This document shows positions 51,801 through 64,000 of a stretch of DNA of 64,000 bases, piece after piece; the stretch's first letter is position 1, and every line of letters starts with the position of its first letter. The notes under the pieces were generated by a model, which saw only the letters and a list, made by a program, of their open reading frames with translations, ran no database searches and was not told the origin of the DNA. The stretch is from Lytechinus pictus (Eukaryota). Location: NCBI RefSeq assembly GCF_037042905.1, contig NC_087250.1, positions 9,922,001 to 9,986,000 on the forward strand. The letters run 5' to 3'. A program made the translations under genes and the position numbers.

Positions 51801-52089
51801 GTGTGTGGAGTGGCTAAATGATGAATAGCAAAACAGCATAACACCATAAAATTCACCTAAAATCAACTTTTGCCCAACTTTGTATTTGCACAATCTGAAA
51901 AACGACTCTTGTGACTTTCAAAAATGGTCATTTTTAATTCAATCTTTAATTACTCAAGCATGAATCAACCGATCAATTTCATTTGCTTAATGAGTGTAGA
52001 AAACCACCTACGAAATATCATATCTCAAAATAACTCCGTTCAAAAGTTACAGTAATTTGATATAGGGGGAACTTACTTTTTTTGTTGTG
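48820..52089. mobile_element. ~3.3-kb TIR element inserted in (TA)n
   Basis: Ends read TA|CACAACAAAAAAAGTAAGTCCCCC ... GGGGGAACTTACTTTTTTTGTTGTG|TA; the gene B repeat-unit intron resumes at ~52110. Confidence 0.82.
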
Positions 52090-52298
52090 TATATATATAT
52101 ATATATACATATATTCTCAATTAAAAGTGCTTTTCAAAACTGTCGGGCATACCAAACACTTCAAAGCAGGAATAAGTGGTGCATTCCCCCCCCCCATCCC
52201 TTAATGCTTACCAGATCCACATCTCATAATTTCTTGATTCAACTACAATATTCATTTTTCTACTTGTCCATTAGTTTAATTGTACAAAAAAAATCATG

Positions 52299-52340
52299 TT
52301 TTTTGGCTGTTAGTCGCTGGTCTGTTCAGGATTGCAAGAG
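52299..52340 (-). pseudogene. Degenerate gene B exon copy (A)LAILNRPATNSQK, donor deleted
   Basis: ttcaaag|CTCTTGCAATCCTG.. is homologous to the CTCCTGCAATCC exon start; no GT donor occurs before a stop. Confidence 0.55.
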
Positions 52341-52771
52341 CTTTGAATAATTATAATAAAAATGGAAAAGAGGGCTAAGTTTGGATTTAAGTTTGGTTTA
52401 ATCTCATCTCAACTATGAAATATGATAGTACAAAGGAAATAGGTAAAAGTTTATAGTATATAACTAATAATATTTAAAAAAATATATATATATATAATTA
52501 TTAAATATGAAATACATGTAAAATATTCTCGATAAGACATTCTGTAACTGAGTGTCTTTTTTTGTTCCAACATAAAGCAGAGCCTTGGATGGAGAATGGA
52601 GAAGCGCGAGCTTATTTTGTTTTTATTTTCCGACCTGAAATTTGACATTTTAAGCACGTTTTAAATATGACGAACAGGATATGTATCCCAAAAATCCACA
52701 CGAGCGCAAAGCGCAAGTTTCCTCTTTTATTTAGAACTATAGATACGGGGCATTTTAAACACATTTTGACG

Positions 52772-55261
52772 CATGGGTGTCGATCACGGGGGGGGGGGGA
52801 TGGGGGGGATATATCCCCCCAATATTTCAAGTGGGGGGGATGTCCTGTATTATCATCCCCCCCCAATAATTCAGGGTAGAAAAATTGTAATAATGATGAT
52901 GAAAAAATGAAAAGTTTGATAATGGTGAGTATAGTGATGATTAAAGTATGCCATCAATCAATTTGTTTCCCTCGCAATTTGTGTATATTGTTATTAAATA
53001 AAAACATTCTTTTCCAGGACTTTTAAACAGATGGTCGGAGGTTCAAGATGAAAAAGAATGAAATGCTTATGCATCTGTTTTCAATATACTTCCTCGCACT
53101 TCGAATTATTATTTTATGTGCAATAGTATGCTTTTTTCATGACTACTTAAAGTGATTGCCACATTTCAAGGTCTTAATATAAAACATTTCTTGTCCATGC
53201 TTATGTTGGCTTTAGTGAGATACGTCTGCTCTCCATGAATTCCTAGAATCAGTCCTTAAAATGTCCCTTTTTCTGATCTCAATATAAAAAAAATTTCAGG
53301 TCGCGCTTCGCGCTCGCATCATTTGGTTAATGAAATATGTATGGTCCTAGTGAATTCCTACAAACAAGCTTTAGAATGCAGGCGCGTAGACAGGGGGAGC
53401 GGTGGGGGCGGTCGCCCCCCCCCCCAAAACGTCCCCAAAAAGAAAAAAAAGGAAAAAAGGAGAGGAGAAAAGGAAAAGCGAAGGGAAGAAAGGGGAGAAA
53501 GGTAGCTTTGTGGGTTTTTCCTTTTATTCTTCAATTTTTTTTCCAAAAAGAGAAACTCCTCCACTCTTGCTCTAAATTTATATATATGAATTTTGCTTCC
53601 GCGCTGCGCGCGGATAAATGACAATATTGCAGTTCCACCTCAGCTATACGTGTTTCTTGCCAGTTCAAGTTCAAATGTATACATGAGGGCATGGAATTAG
53701 AGTAAGGTTAGGCCGAAGTGTATGAATTTATCTTTTTTTTCAAATTGATCGCGCAACTTCTGGTCAGGTCGACTCCAGGCGGGTCAAATCTTTGTATCAA
53801 TTTCTGCCGTCACCTCCACTAGGCAACTTCTCCCGCTTTTCAGCTCATTACTTAACAACCATAATTTGGGGGCAAACAGGTTTCTAATAAAAAAAAGAAG
53901 GTATAAAATTCGTGTCGTATCAAATAAAAAAGTACAATATTTTTTTAAATCAAATTCTAGTAAATTTCATGTCATCTCCCTGCACATTCATCTCCTGTCC
54001 TATTTTGCGCCCTCAGTTTGAAATTTTGAATGACACTTAAGTTTCTTTATCGTTCAAAATGAAGCGCTTCAAGATTAGTCAAAGACATTATACATCATCC
54101 TTGTTATATAATTTCAATAAATCACAGAAGTTTCAACTTTTTGAGCGGTATTTTCCATGTAATGAAGTTCAATAATCTTAGAAAATCAATTGAATTAGAG
54201 CCGATGGTTATAGAGATATCTGCATTTGATGAAAAGGCCGACCTTTAAAATTTCAGAGTTTCATTGCTCTGCGCGGGGAAGAATATCTTCCTCCCGGCAT
54301 ATCTTCTTCTCCTCTGTTTTGCGAGTTAAAGATATGCACGTGGCTAAATTGTAATAAAATCTTATCTTTCCGAGGGAAGCATTCAAAATGCATTAGCTTC
54401 CGCGCTTCGCGCGGGGTAATTATTATTATAATTTTCTCCATTTTATCCTTTTTTGTCCGTTCACAATCACTTTTGAAAACAAGTTCAAAATCACAATAGA
54501 GTCAACTGAATTGGAGCTGATACAGGTACTAGAAGACAAGATAGACGGCTCCTTTTCATTTTAATTTATGAAACGCCGAGAGCTTCGCGCTTCGCGCGGG
54601 AGGGGGAAACTCCCCCTCCCTGCACCCACCCCCTCGGGAGCGCGATTCGCGCACTCTGTAAGTGTTGGCCCGCTTCGCATGCATTTACCGCCCCCTCCAA
54701 AATGAAATCCTGGCTACGCGGTTGTTAGAATGCCCCTTTTCAGGTCTTAATTTCCTAAATTTTCAACTCGCGCTTCGCGCTCGCAATATTTGATTATTGA
54801 GATGCGTATGTTAATAATCATGATTACAATGACTTCAAGTGTTTCATGTTTAATTCTAACAAAATCAGCAAGCGCTTAGCACTCGCATTAGATGACTGTG
54901 GTGAGATATGAAGTGGATTCCTTAAATATAGTCCTTAAAATCTCCCTGTTTGGGGCCAATATATACAAAAAATTCAGCTCGCGCTTCGCGCTCGCATTGT
55001 TTAGCGAGACAGGTACGTATCATGATTACAAAAAGTTGATTATAATGTCCCTTTTACGTCCGAATATCAAAAAAATTTAAGCCCGCGCTTCGCGCTCGCA
55101 TTATTTCATCTGTGAGATACATATCTGTTTAATATATGGCACTGTCCTTAAAATGTATATTAGGTCAGTATAGCTGGCAACTGAGCGCGCTTTGTACGCT
55201 CATAAGTGACTCAAAATTTTTGCTGGTGCCCCCCAATGCCATGACCCACGGTACGCCACTG
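52772..55261. mobile_element. Nested non-autonomous elements with CGCGCTTCGCGCTCGC sub-repeats
   Basis: Multiple CGCGCTTCGCGC motifs; an inner element at ~53379-54724 has termini CAGGCGCGTAG / CTACGCGGTTG. Confidence 0.6.
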
Positions 55262-58192
55262 GGCTTACTTGTAACACAAATTGAATAAAAAAAAAAAAAC
55301 TATATAAATACAGTACACTGCAACAATGAAGGAATTTCCAAGAGCACCATGCATATCAACCACTCCCAAATGTCCTAACTTGTGATTTTGTGGGGGTAAT
55401 ATCGAAAGATCCCCATCCACATGAATATTTGTATCAATCATCCCCCCCAACCAAGAATACCGATCGACACCCATGAGATTTTGTCATTGAAATGATGGTG
55501 TATCTTCCCGTAGAAATTATGCGACAGCGAAGAGTTTATTCGAAGAAAGGGACGATTCAAGGGCGTTTTATCGGAATTCATGATAAGGATATGTATCAGT
55601 GGAGTACAGATAAGGGAGGGGGCTTGGGGCATCTTGCCACCCCCTCGAATTATTCTACACCAAGAAAAAAAAGAGTCAAGGAAAAAAGGAAATAAAGAAA
55701 GAACTTTGGAATCGTTCTCTGAATTTTATGTCAAATCTATCACAATATTATACTTTTGTAATAAAAAATGTTTATGTTTTGTTCGCACGCCTTGCAACTT
55801 TATATAAACTTTACTCGATACGCCGTATCTGACTCCTTTAAGTTTTTTGTGGCACATTTTCCCACTGCATATGTATCAAGTAAACCAAATGAGAGCGCAA
55901 TTTGTTTTTACATTCATGACTAAACGGCGACATTTTAAGAACTTTTTGTAATAATGATAATAAGAATACCAGTGCGAATCGCGAGCTGAAATATTTGATA
56001 AACTGTCATGAAAGGGGATATTAAAGAAGTTTGTTAGAATTCATATAAAATAACCCATTAATCTTATTGTGGTATTCAGACCAAAAGAGGGATATATTTT
56101 AAAGAACAGAGTGTATAGAAACCATATTGAGGAAAAATACTTCATACATCAAATTATTCGAGTGCGCTTTGCGGGCAGAAAAAATGTAATATCCACTCCA
56201 CGAAATGGGAATTTTTACCGAGCACTTCTTGCGCTGCTCATAGGCGATGCAAGTGCGAGCGAAGCTTTTAGAAAGGTACATGAAACTTTTTTTTTCCTTG
56301 TGTTCCTTTCACCCTATTTTCACAACACATTTCATTTATTTGTCCTCTTACGAACTCCCTATATTATCTCCTCTCCTTTCCCATTTTTCTTTTTCCTACT
56401 CCATCCTTTTTTCTGCCGCCAATAGGGGAGGGGGAGTCGCTTCGGCTACGCCCTCCTGGATCCGCTTACGGAAGTGTTGTTGACAAAATATGGTGTAAGA
56501 AGTTTCGATTTGGGGGCAAATTCATTAGCCTATTAGTCTTTAGCGTATTCCACTACACGTTTGCGTTCAAGAATAATAGTATAGAATAGAAATAAGGTTA
56601 TAAAAAAAAACAAGATAAGGCCGAATCGTTTGCAAATAAAATAAAAAATAGAACATCTGAAGATTTTAACATTCATTACTGTATGCAATAAATAACAAGG
56701 GACCAAGATGGCTTCCATGTGGAACCGCACAACTCATTGGCCGTAAAGTCGAACCATGATTATCTATTTATACGAATCGTCTTCTTTTTCAGTGATAGGT
56801 AATTCCAGAACCATTCTAAGGCTTTCACTCTAACACCATTGTGTTGGGAGGATGCATTTCGATAACCATGTTAATATGAAGATAGAGTGAAAAGTCCCAT
56901 TTTATAACTAAATTTGAACATTGTTGATCGTTCGCTCATGTAACATGCTATAAAAAAACATTGAGGTCATTTAGGTTAAATCAAATAAACCATATACATG
57001 TTAACATATATTTGAAAGTAAGAAAAATCACCGGGCAACGACCGAATGTCCTGAAATGTTAAATGCGGATAGGCTTTATATATTTTTCAACATTTTAAAA
57101 TGTCAGGCTCAATGGATACTTAAAAAGCGAGTAGCTAGATGATCCCCCCTGTTTCTAACTTCTGATCTGCATCTGAAATTGTCTAGGCTCCATTAGATTA
57201 GCTACGTGGCCCTTCACATATTTGTCACTGTAAATATTTGATGGTTGAATATAGGGTCATCAAATTATATTCAACCTAATAGAGCAAACGTAGTGCAAAG
57301 AAAAAAATATTACGCCGAGTCTTATGCCTGTGATGATCAAGTTGCTTATAAAACTGAAAATATACCTCAATAAATCACTTCTTTCGTGATCTGTATCGGC
57401 CGCACAGAAATGCTGTTGGCCGCTGTTAGCGTAATATTTCACTAACACTGCGCTAACAAAAAATAAAGGCCCCTTGTTACAACCGGTAATCTCGCCGCGA
57501 TGGCTATAATGCATTATTTATATCTGAGATCAACGCTTGACATCAGAATCTGTATAGTATTATTTATTAACAAATCAGCTCTCAATAACATGGGTAGAAT
57601 TACCGTAAAGAAGGCAGAGAAAGCTGTTGTTTGGGGATTAGAGTTAAGCAAAATCTATAATTTGTGCGTAGTCTTGGTATTGATCTAGATTTAACTTAGA
57701 TTTAGTTATGATTATTTGCACATCCTACAAGTTTAAAATCTTGTCTAGGAAAGTGTAAATGAATGTAATTAATTTTCATGGGCCTACAAAATTGAATTAT
57801 TATTACATTTTAAACATGAAATGGCAACAGGTAGTATTACTAATTTAATTTTAAAAATATCGAATAAGCTTAAAAAGATAAAACAAAATTGCCTATCATT
57901 ATATTACGATGGAGGTTCTGTACAAAAAATGCAATCCCACTTTTCATCTGTTTCTTTTGTTTGCAAATGCTCTTCGGAGACTTCACTCATCATGCTCATG
58001 ATAGAGTATTTGCCAATGATGATTATCATGCGATAAATTTCATCAGCTATTTTTCTTCTTTCTAATGTAGGGTCTATTCATATTATATGTCTTCACACAT
58101 CTAAATACATGATATATCTTGGAAGAATTATTTTTAATAGGATCATATATCTTGGCACTAATCAACATCCCCCGCTATATACGTACTCCTAA

Positions 58193-58725
58193 AGGGGTAC
58201 TCCAGGCTGAAGAAAATAATACGGTTCGAACGGTAAAGTGAGACCAAAAAAAAACACTGACAAAGTGATAAAAATTGGAAATGAGTAGAAAAAAAATATG
58301 GTTTCTTTAAATTTTGCATTTGGCCCTATTTCGGTGAAATTTATATTCATTTCTCCAGGAATATTGAATGAGGGTCTGTTGTATCATACAAAATTAGGTT
58401 TATTTAAATTTTGTCCACATAGAATATTGCTTCAAAGATCATAATTTTGTTACTCGGGCGAAACAATTTTAGACAATTTCGAGTTCATTTCAATGTTTTA
58501 AATAAAATCAGAAAAAGGTGAAAGAGCTAGAGGATATGGCATTATCATTCCATTTATTTCATATTCATGGCCACATGCTACTCAGTAATATTAGTTGCAA
58601 AAAATGTTTAATTTTTCATAGTCAAGAATTTTGTTATTTTTTATCAGATTTTGATGAATTTTCAGCAATTTTCTCATCTAATTTTATTCAATTTATTCAT
58701 ATATTGTTGGGCCCAGAATACCCCT
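58193..58725. mobile_element. Kolobok-like MITE
   Basis: Ends read (C)TAA-AGGGGTACTCCAGGC ... GCCCAGAATACCCCT-TTAA. Confidence 0.65.
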
Positions 58726-58777
58726 TTAATTCGGTCGAGGTATATTATAAATTATCACCCGTATCAGACATCTGAGC

Positions 58778-58985
58778 TGGGCCCCGTTGCATAAAACTTT
58801 TGCCGGAGTTTTTTACGGCAAAAAATCAGGAAACTACGGCAAAAAAAAAATTGCCGGAGTTTTCCATTGCATAAAACTTTGCCGGAGTTTTTTACGGCAA
58901 AACTTTTAAAAAACTCCGGCAAATCAAGTGGGTTTTTGCCGTAGCTCCTGTACCAACGGCAAAGTCCTAAAAACTCCGGCAAAAC
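58778..58985. mobile_element. Harbinger-like transposon left end with sub-terminal repeats
   Basis: Terminus GGGCCCCGTTGCATAAAAC followed by repeated and inverted GCCGGAGTTTTTTACGGCAAAA motifs. Confidence 0.65.
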
Positions 58986-60819
58986 TATTTCAAGGCAGCT
59001 GCTCAGGATCTGTCCCAAGTACCATATACAGTATTCACCTGTCTACGGCTTCAAGAATAATTAGAAGGGTGACATAAGCCTTGTATAGGCTACGCAATAA
59101 GGTAATTACAGAAAATTTCATATAATGTAGTAAAAATAGGGCCTAGGAAGATCTAGATTCTAAGTGAAGTGGGGGGAATAATAGTTGGTGGTTTCATTTT
59201 TTTAAATTTATCAACCCTGTGACAGCTCAATAATAAAAATCTTCTAAGATAGAATCTAGTTCTAGTTTAAGTAAATCTATATGATTATAGTGTTTTTGAA
59301 AAGTTATGCTGTGAATAGAGCGATGCAGTTGGACTAAACACTTTAAATTACTCAAAACATAAGGCTTTAAAGTTGAACTTGAACTTAGGCAGTCTGCTCT
59401 TTTTCTTTGCTACCGTGAATATCGCCAGAGCCTCCGGCTGGCGAGTTGGCCGCTGGTTCAACCTCTATGCGATATGCAACGATGTGTTGTTGGAGTACCT
59501 CCTAAGCCGCCTCAATTTTTGCAGTTTTTTACCATTTAACCATCTTTGTAAATCCAAATATGTACAAGTTCTACGAGACATACCAAGAAATACTACCCTA
59601 AATCAACTGAAATACTCAGAAGTATGAGCTAACTTTATTTTAACGATTGAACAGACTTGTACTGCAAGTTCAATTTTACGAGGAAAACTTGAATAGCAGT
59701 CGATACGGCCCAGTCCCGCACTTGCAAAAATAAGTTGGAACTTCAAAGTAAGATTAGGACGCGCTCATTGGACATCTTAATTTCTCACCTTTGCCAGTCT
59801 CATTTTTCTTTAACAGGTCATAAAAACTGGGTGATGATTGAGAAGGAGGGGCATGCCGGAGGAGGTCTATCTTTCACTAAAAACAGACCTAACTTATATT
59901 TTTCTTTCCCGTCGCTCGGCTTGCTCCAGTCCAAGACAGACGACGATCGAGCACGTAAACAAATGAAAAGGGGAAATGAAATATCCGACTGATATATTTA
60001 TCAAAACTTACACTATATAATACAGTGACCCGAAATTTGTGTGGATTCCTTTTTAATTTCACACTTGTGTCTACATGTATATGATAGAAGGCTGGGAACA
60101 AAATGTAATAAAGTAAGAAAAACTAGCCATCATCGAAAGTTCCTGAACGGGGACAACTGAGAGATGTTTTATTTTTTTCTTTGTGGTTGCTTTATAAAAC
60201 CCAGGAATAAAACTCAATTAATGATAACCTCCATGATGGGATGAAAATGTCCCCAAACATCTAACATACAATAAGAGAGAGAGAAAGAGAGATAGCAAGA
60301 GGGGGATTATTCTGGAAGAGGGGGGGGGGGGGGGTAAACAGCCTAGGTCTACACATTGTATTTACATTGGATGAAAGTATGTATATCCAAATTATTTGAC
60401 AAGGAACAAATAATTAAATTCATGCAATTCAATCACACCACCCCCTCCTCAATGCCATTATTCAAAACATTATAATATTGTTAGAAAAAGTGGAGGAAAA
60501 CATTTTGTATCACATTTGTCCATAATATTTCAAAAAGGTTCTTTTTTGTTGTTGTTGCTTTCTTGGCAATGTTAAAAATATTTCCAAAATATCCAAATTA
60601 GCAATTTCATAAAACATAGATCCATAGTGTTGAAGGTGTGGCAATTATATGGGTGGGGGGGGGGGGCGAACAAGACTTGATGTTTTTCTTGGTAATATTT
60701 TATGTAACAATCAAGAATATTTTCCTTTATGGGCCAAGAGGGATGGTGCAATTGTATTTTTATAGTCGGACGCCGACCTAAGGGTTAAATCATTTTATTT
60801 CTACTGTCAATTAAAATAT

Positions 60820-61340
60820 CAGTCACACAAATCAGACATCTCTTTCTTAATAATTCTCCTTTCTTTCTTTTTCTTCCTCTTCTCTCTCCCTTTCTCCTTT
60901 TTAAACAATTTAATTCTGAATTATATATTTAAAATAATTTAATTTGCAATTGAGAATGGGGAAGACTTATCACTTATTAAGAAGTTTTCTTCTCTCAATT
61001 AAATTACGGTCACACAACTCGGATGTCTCTTTCTTAATACTTTCTTTTTTCTATCTTTTCTCTCGCAATTTATCCTCTTTTAAACAATTTATTTCTCATA
61101 GAATTATACATTTAAAACAATTTTATTTGCAAGCGAGAATAGGGAAAAACTTATCACTTATTAAGAACAGTTTTCTTTTTTCAATTAAATTACAGTCACG
61201 CAACTCAGACGTCTCTTTCTTAATACTTTCTTTCTTTTTCTATCTCTTCTCTCGCAATTTATCCTCTTTTAAACAATTCATTTCTCATTGAATTATACAT
61301 TTCAAATAATTTTATTCGCAATCACTTATTAAGAACAGTC
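60820..61340. repeat. ~185-bp tandem repeat, about 2.7 copies
   Basis: CACAACTC(A/G)GA..TCTCTTTCTTAATA and ATCACTTATTAAGAA recur with ~185-bp spacing. Confidence 0.85.
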
Positions 61341-61869
61341 AGAGTGACAGTCAAAAGAACTTGTTATGAACCATTATAATACTTTTAATTTAATTGAAAA
61401 TAATTTTTATCAAGTCATATTTTAATTTCAATGCAGTATCCCATACCCTTATATGCGTATTGAAAGATGTGATTGAATGTTGACAAGGTCCCTTTTCTTT
61501 TAAATCAACATAACAGTACCCTTGGAAAATGTTTTGCAGATGGCGTAAGATTGGAACTATGGCTAATGACACCAGTGTGAGATCCACAAACAATGCTGAC
61601 AGATCATATAATAGACTTGCAATATGAACATGTATAAATAAACTTTAAAACTGTTCTTGCACAGGGATTCCCATCAAGATTTCAAAACCTAAATTTTTAT
61701 GTTGCATTGCAAGGCATTTGTTCAAATTCTACCGCAGTATTGAATGAATAACATTATCTTCTATCTACTGAGATGAGAATAAAGATCAAGTTTAACTTTC
61801 TCAATCCTGAAGAATGTAGTCTTTGTCACTTTTTGTTCAAAATTATGAGGCAATGACATCAACAACTTA

Positions 61870-62020
61870 TGCCTAGGTCACATTCGCCGGTGGCATTATG
61901 GCGAGTCGAAATCAACCATTTTACTCATCCTTGTACCAGCTTCATGTAGGTGGTTCGTATAGTAATACATAAAACGACTGATTTTGACTTGCCGTAAGGC
62001 CACCAAATGTGACCAAGGTA
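61870..62020. mobile_element. Diverged MITE related to 22447-22610
   Basis: Reads GGTCACATT..GGCGAGTCGAAA ... TTTGACTTGCCGTA..AAATGTGACC. Confidence 0.7.
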
Positions 62021-62169
62021 TAACTCATTTTCATATTACTTGCTAAAATATATGCTTTTGGAAATTTCCAAAGTTCAAGGTGATTTACTTCATTTTCTAA
62101 AAACAATATTCAACAGGTTTCCAGTTTTAAAAAAAATGGAGAGGAAGTTGCATTGTTCAATGTTACTAC

Positions 62170-63048
62170 TGATTTCCATTAACAAACTGCTGCATTCTGA
62201 GCGTCTCCTGCTGAACTTGCTGCAGATCCATGCTCCTGGTACTTGGTGTGCTGGTCATAACAGGAAGAGCACCTTCTCTTCTCTTATGCTGGGTGTCATC
62301 TTGGTGTCCTAAAAATCAACTAGACCCCATCTACCCTGGATGTCAATGGTGCCCTGGGAACAGCTTGAGGTTCCGCCTCAACCTCCTTTTCCTCCTCTGG
62401 CTTCCCCATGTCCAGAAGCAGGCTGCCTTATGTGAAAGCTGCACATCAAGAAAATAATTTTTGACTTAACTTTAATTACATCTTCAAACCATTCCGCATT
62501 GATTTTTTTTTTATTGACTTACTATGATTCAACATTTTTATTTCATTTTGGAAATCTTAAATCATTTACCAACTCTGAACGAAAATCCCTCAATCTGGCA
62601 ATAGTAGTTGAAGCTACTTACTATTCCTTGCAGAAATTTTCATGAGGAAAGAAGAACTATCCCCGTTAAAATTCAGATTTAATTAATTCAAAATGAATGA
62701 TAGGAATTCTATGGGTTAGTGATAATTATTCTAGCTTTTAAAAAATCTGAATTTTTCATTGTAGACCAGTTTACCTATTTCTATAGGGAGAACCATCTTG
62801 TACAAATTTCAATCGAAATTATGCTCCTTTCTCGAGAAAATGAATGAAAGAATATAGCAAAATTAATACAATGATCCTTAGGTATATATATTTTCAACTT
62901 TGTTGTGCCTTTGTGTGATAAATCTTTTATGTAAAACTAACCAGTTGCTCAGATGCCCCAGTCTCTGTCTCCTGGCCATGGACCCAATGCTTGGCCTTGT
63001 CCCTCATGGCTGCCAGCACAATCTCCATATTTGGCTTCACTTTACCAC
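62170..63048 (-). pseudogene. Decayed spliced ORF, possibly the Myb/SANT-type accessory gene of a Harbinger element
   Basis: Exon 62942-63048 (ctttag| and |gttagt) reads GGKVKPNMEIVLAAMRDKAKHWVHGQETETGASEQL. The next exon from ~62438 is acidic/Gln-rich but has stops and frameshifts. A Harbinger-like end lies at 58778. Confidence 0.4.
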
Positions 63049-64000
63049 CTAAAGATTTAACAAAGTGCAGTAATGCCACAATTATAAATGTTCTCCATGC
63101 AAACAGGGATCACAGCAGAAGGATCTTTAAAAAAAACTATGAAGGGTGATTTTGACTCGCCTCACCCCAGGCGCAGATCCAGGAATTTCCAAAAGGAGGG
63201 GCACTTTTGTCCAGAAAATGTTGACAACCCCAAAAAAAATGGTCATCACTTGCATATAAACACAGTACTTTCAACAATTTTTTTGGGGGTGTACCCCCCC
63301 AGATCTGTGCCTACCCCCCCCCCCCACAAACACAGGGGATCTAGGCCAAAGAAGAATCTGTCAATAACAAATTTTGAAGTCACTACACACAGAACTGTTC
63401 AGTTATGAAGTTTTCCACAAATGCAACAATTTAATTACTGAATGACTGAAATAGACAAAGAATAATACTTGTTTTTTAATTAGTATTTAGCCGTGACACC
63501 AATCCATCCTTAACCCGTCGAGGATCATGGGGGTACATTTGTAAGTTTCGAAATTTATGCATCCGCCATTGCAACATCAAAAGATAAAAATATTAAACAC
63601 ACAAATTTGCCAACGATCTCTGGTGAATTTTTACATTTGACCTAACCTGATCATTGTCACTCCCAAATATATATTTGCCAAGTTGAAGTTGAACCATCAA
63701 AGGGTTCTTTATTTATCACAGGAACTATGTATATTCAGGTGAACAAGGCATGCCACCTTTGACCTTGATACCCTCAAAATAATTAAAGTATAATCAATCC
63801 TACATGCATTCTTGGACAAGTTTGAAATCAAACAGTTCTTTACTTATCAGAATAATTTAAGAAAGACAGGATGGCCAGACAACCCCAAAACCTGTCCTCG
63901 GACCCACCTCCGATGGGTGGATGTAAAACAATTCTAGATATTTTGGATTAGTTGCATGACAATTACAACAAAATAAAATTTAAGAGATAGTGATCTTTAA

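Overview
This is AT-rich, intron-containing eukaryotic DNA with no prokaryotic operon structure. The SINE and MITE families resemble echinoid (sea-urchin-like) repeats; that assignment is an inference from recalled repeat motifs. Most ORF-track entries are noise, and two minus-strand spliced genes can be rebuilt by hand from GT-AG boundaries and exon phases. Gene A (at least 13784-17784, possibly extending to ~23250) ends in an EGF exon plus two exons of an atypical C-type lectin domain. Gene B (31360 to at least 48154) is the most striking feature. It is built from tandemly duplicated, symmetric phase-1 micro-exons of 42-57 nt, each in its own 0.6-0.85 kb duplication unit. Each encodes one short linear motif: Pro-rich PxxP/PxxPxR units followed by acidic Tyr motifs and a stop. 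One copy has been destroyed by stacked transposon insertions, and another appears rescued by a shifted acceptor. The rest is mobile and repeated DNA: a 157-bp satellite with a 1101-bp higher-order repeat and a dispersed two-monomer relative, tRNA-derived SINEs, a SINE with a 7SL/Alu-like head, Penelope-like termini with hammerhead-ribozyme remnants, LINE 3' fragments and many TIR elements. All calls come from reading the sequence by eye, with no database search.
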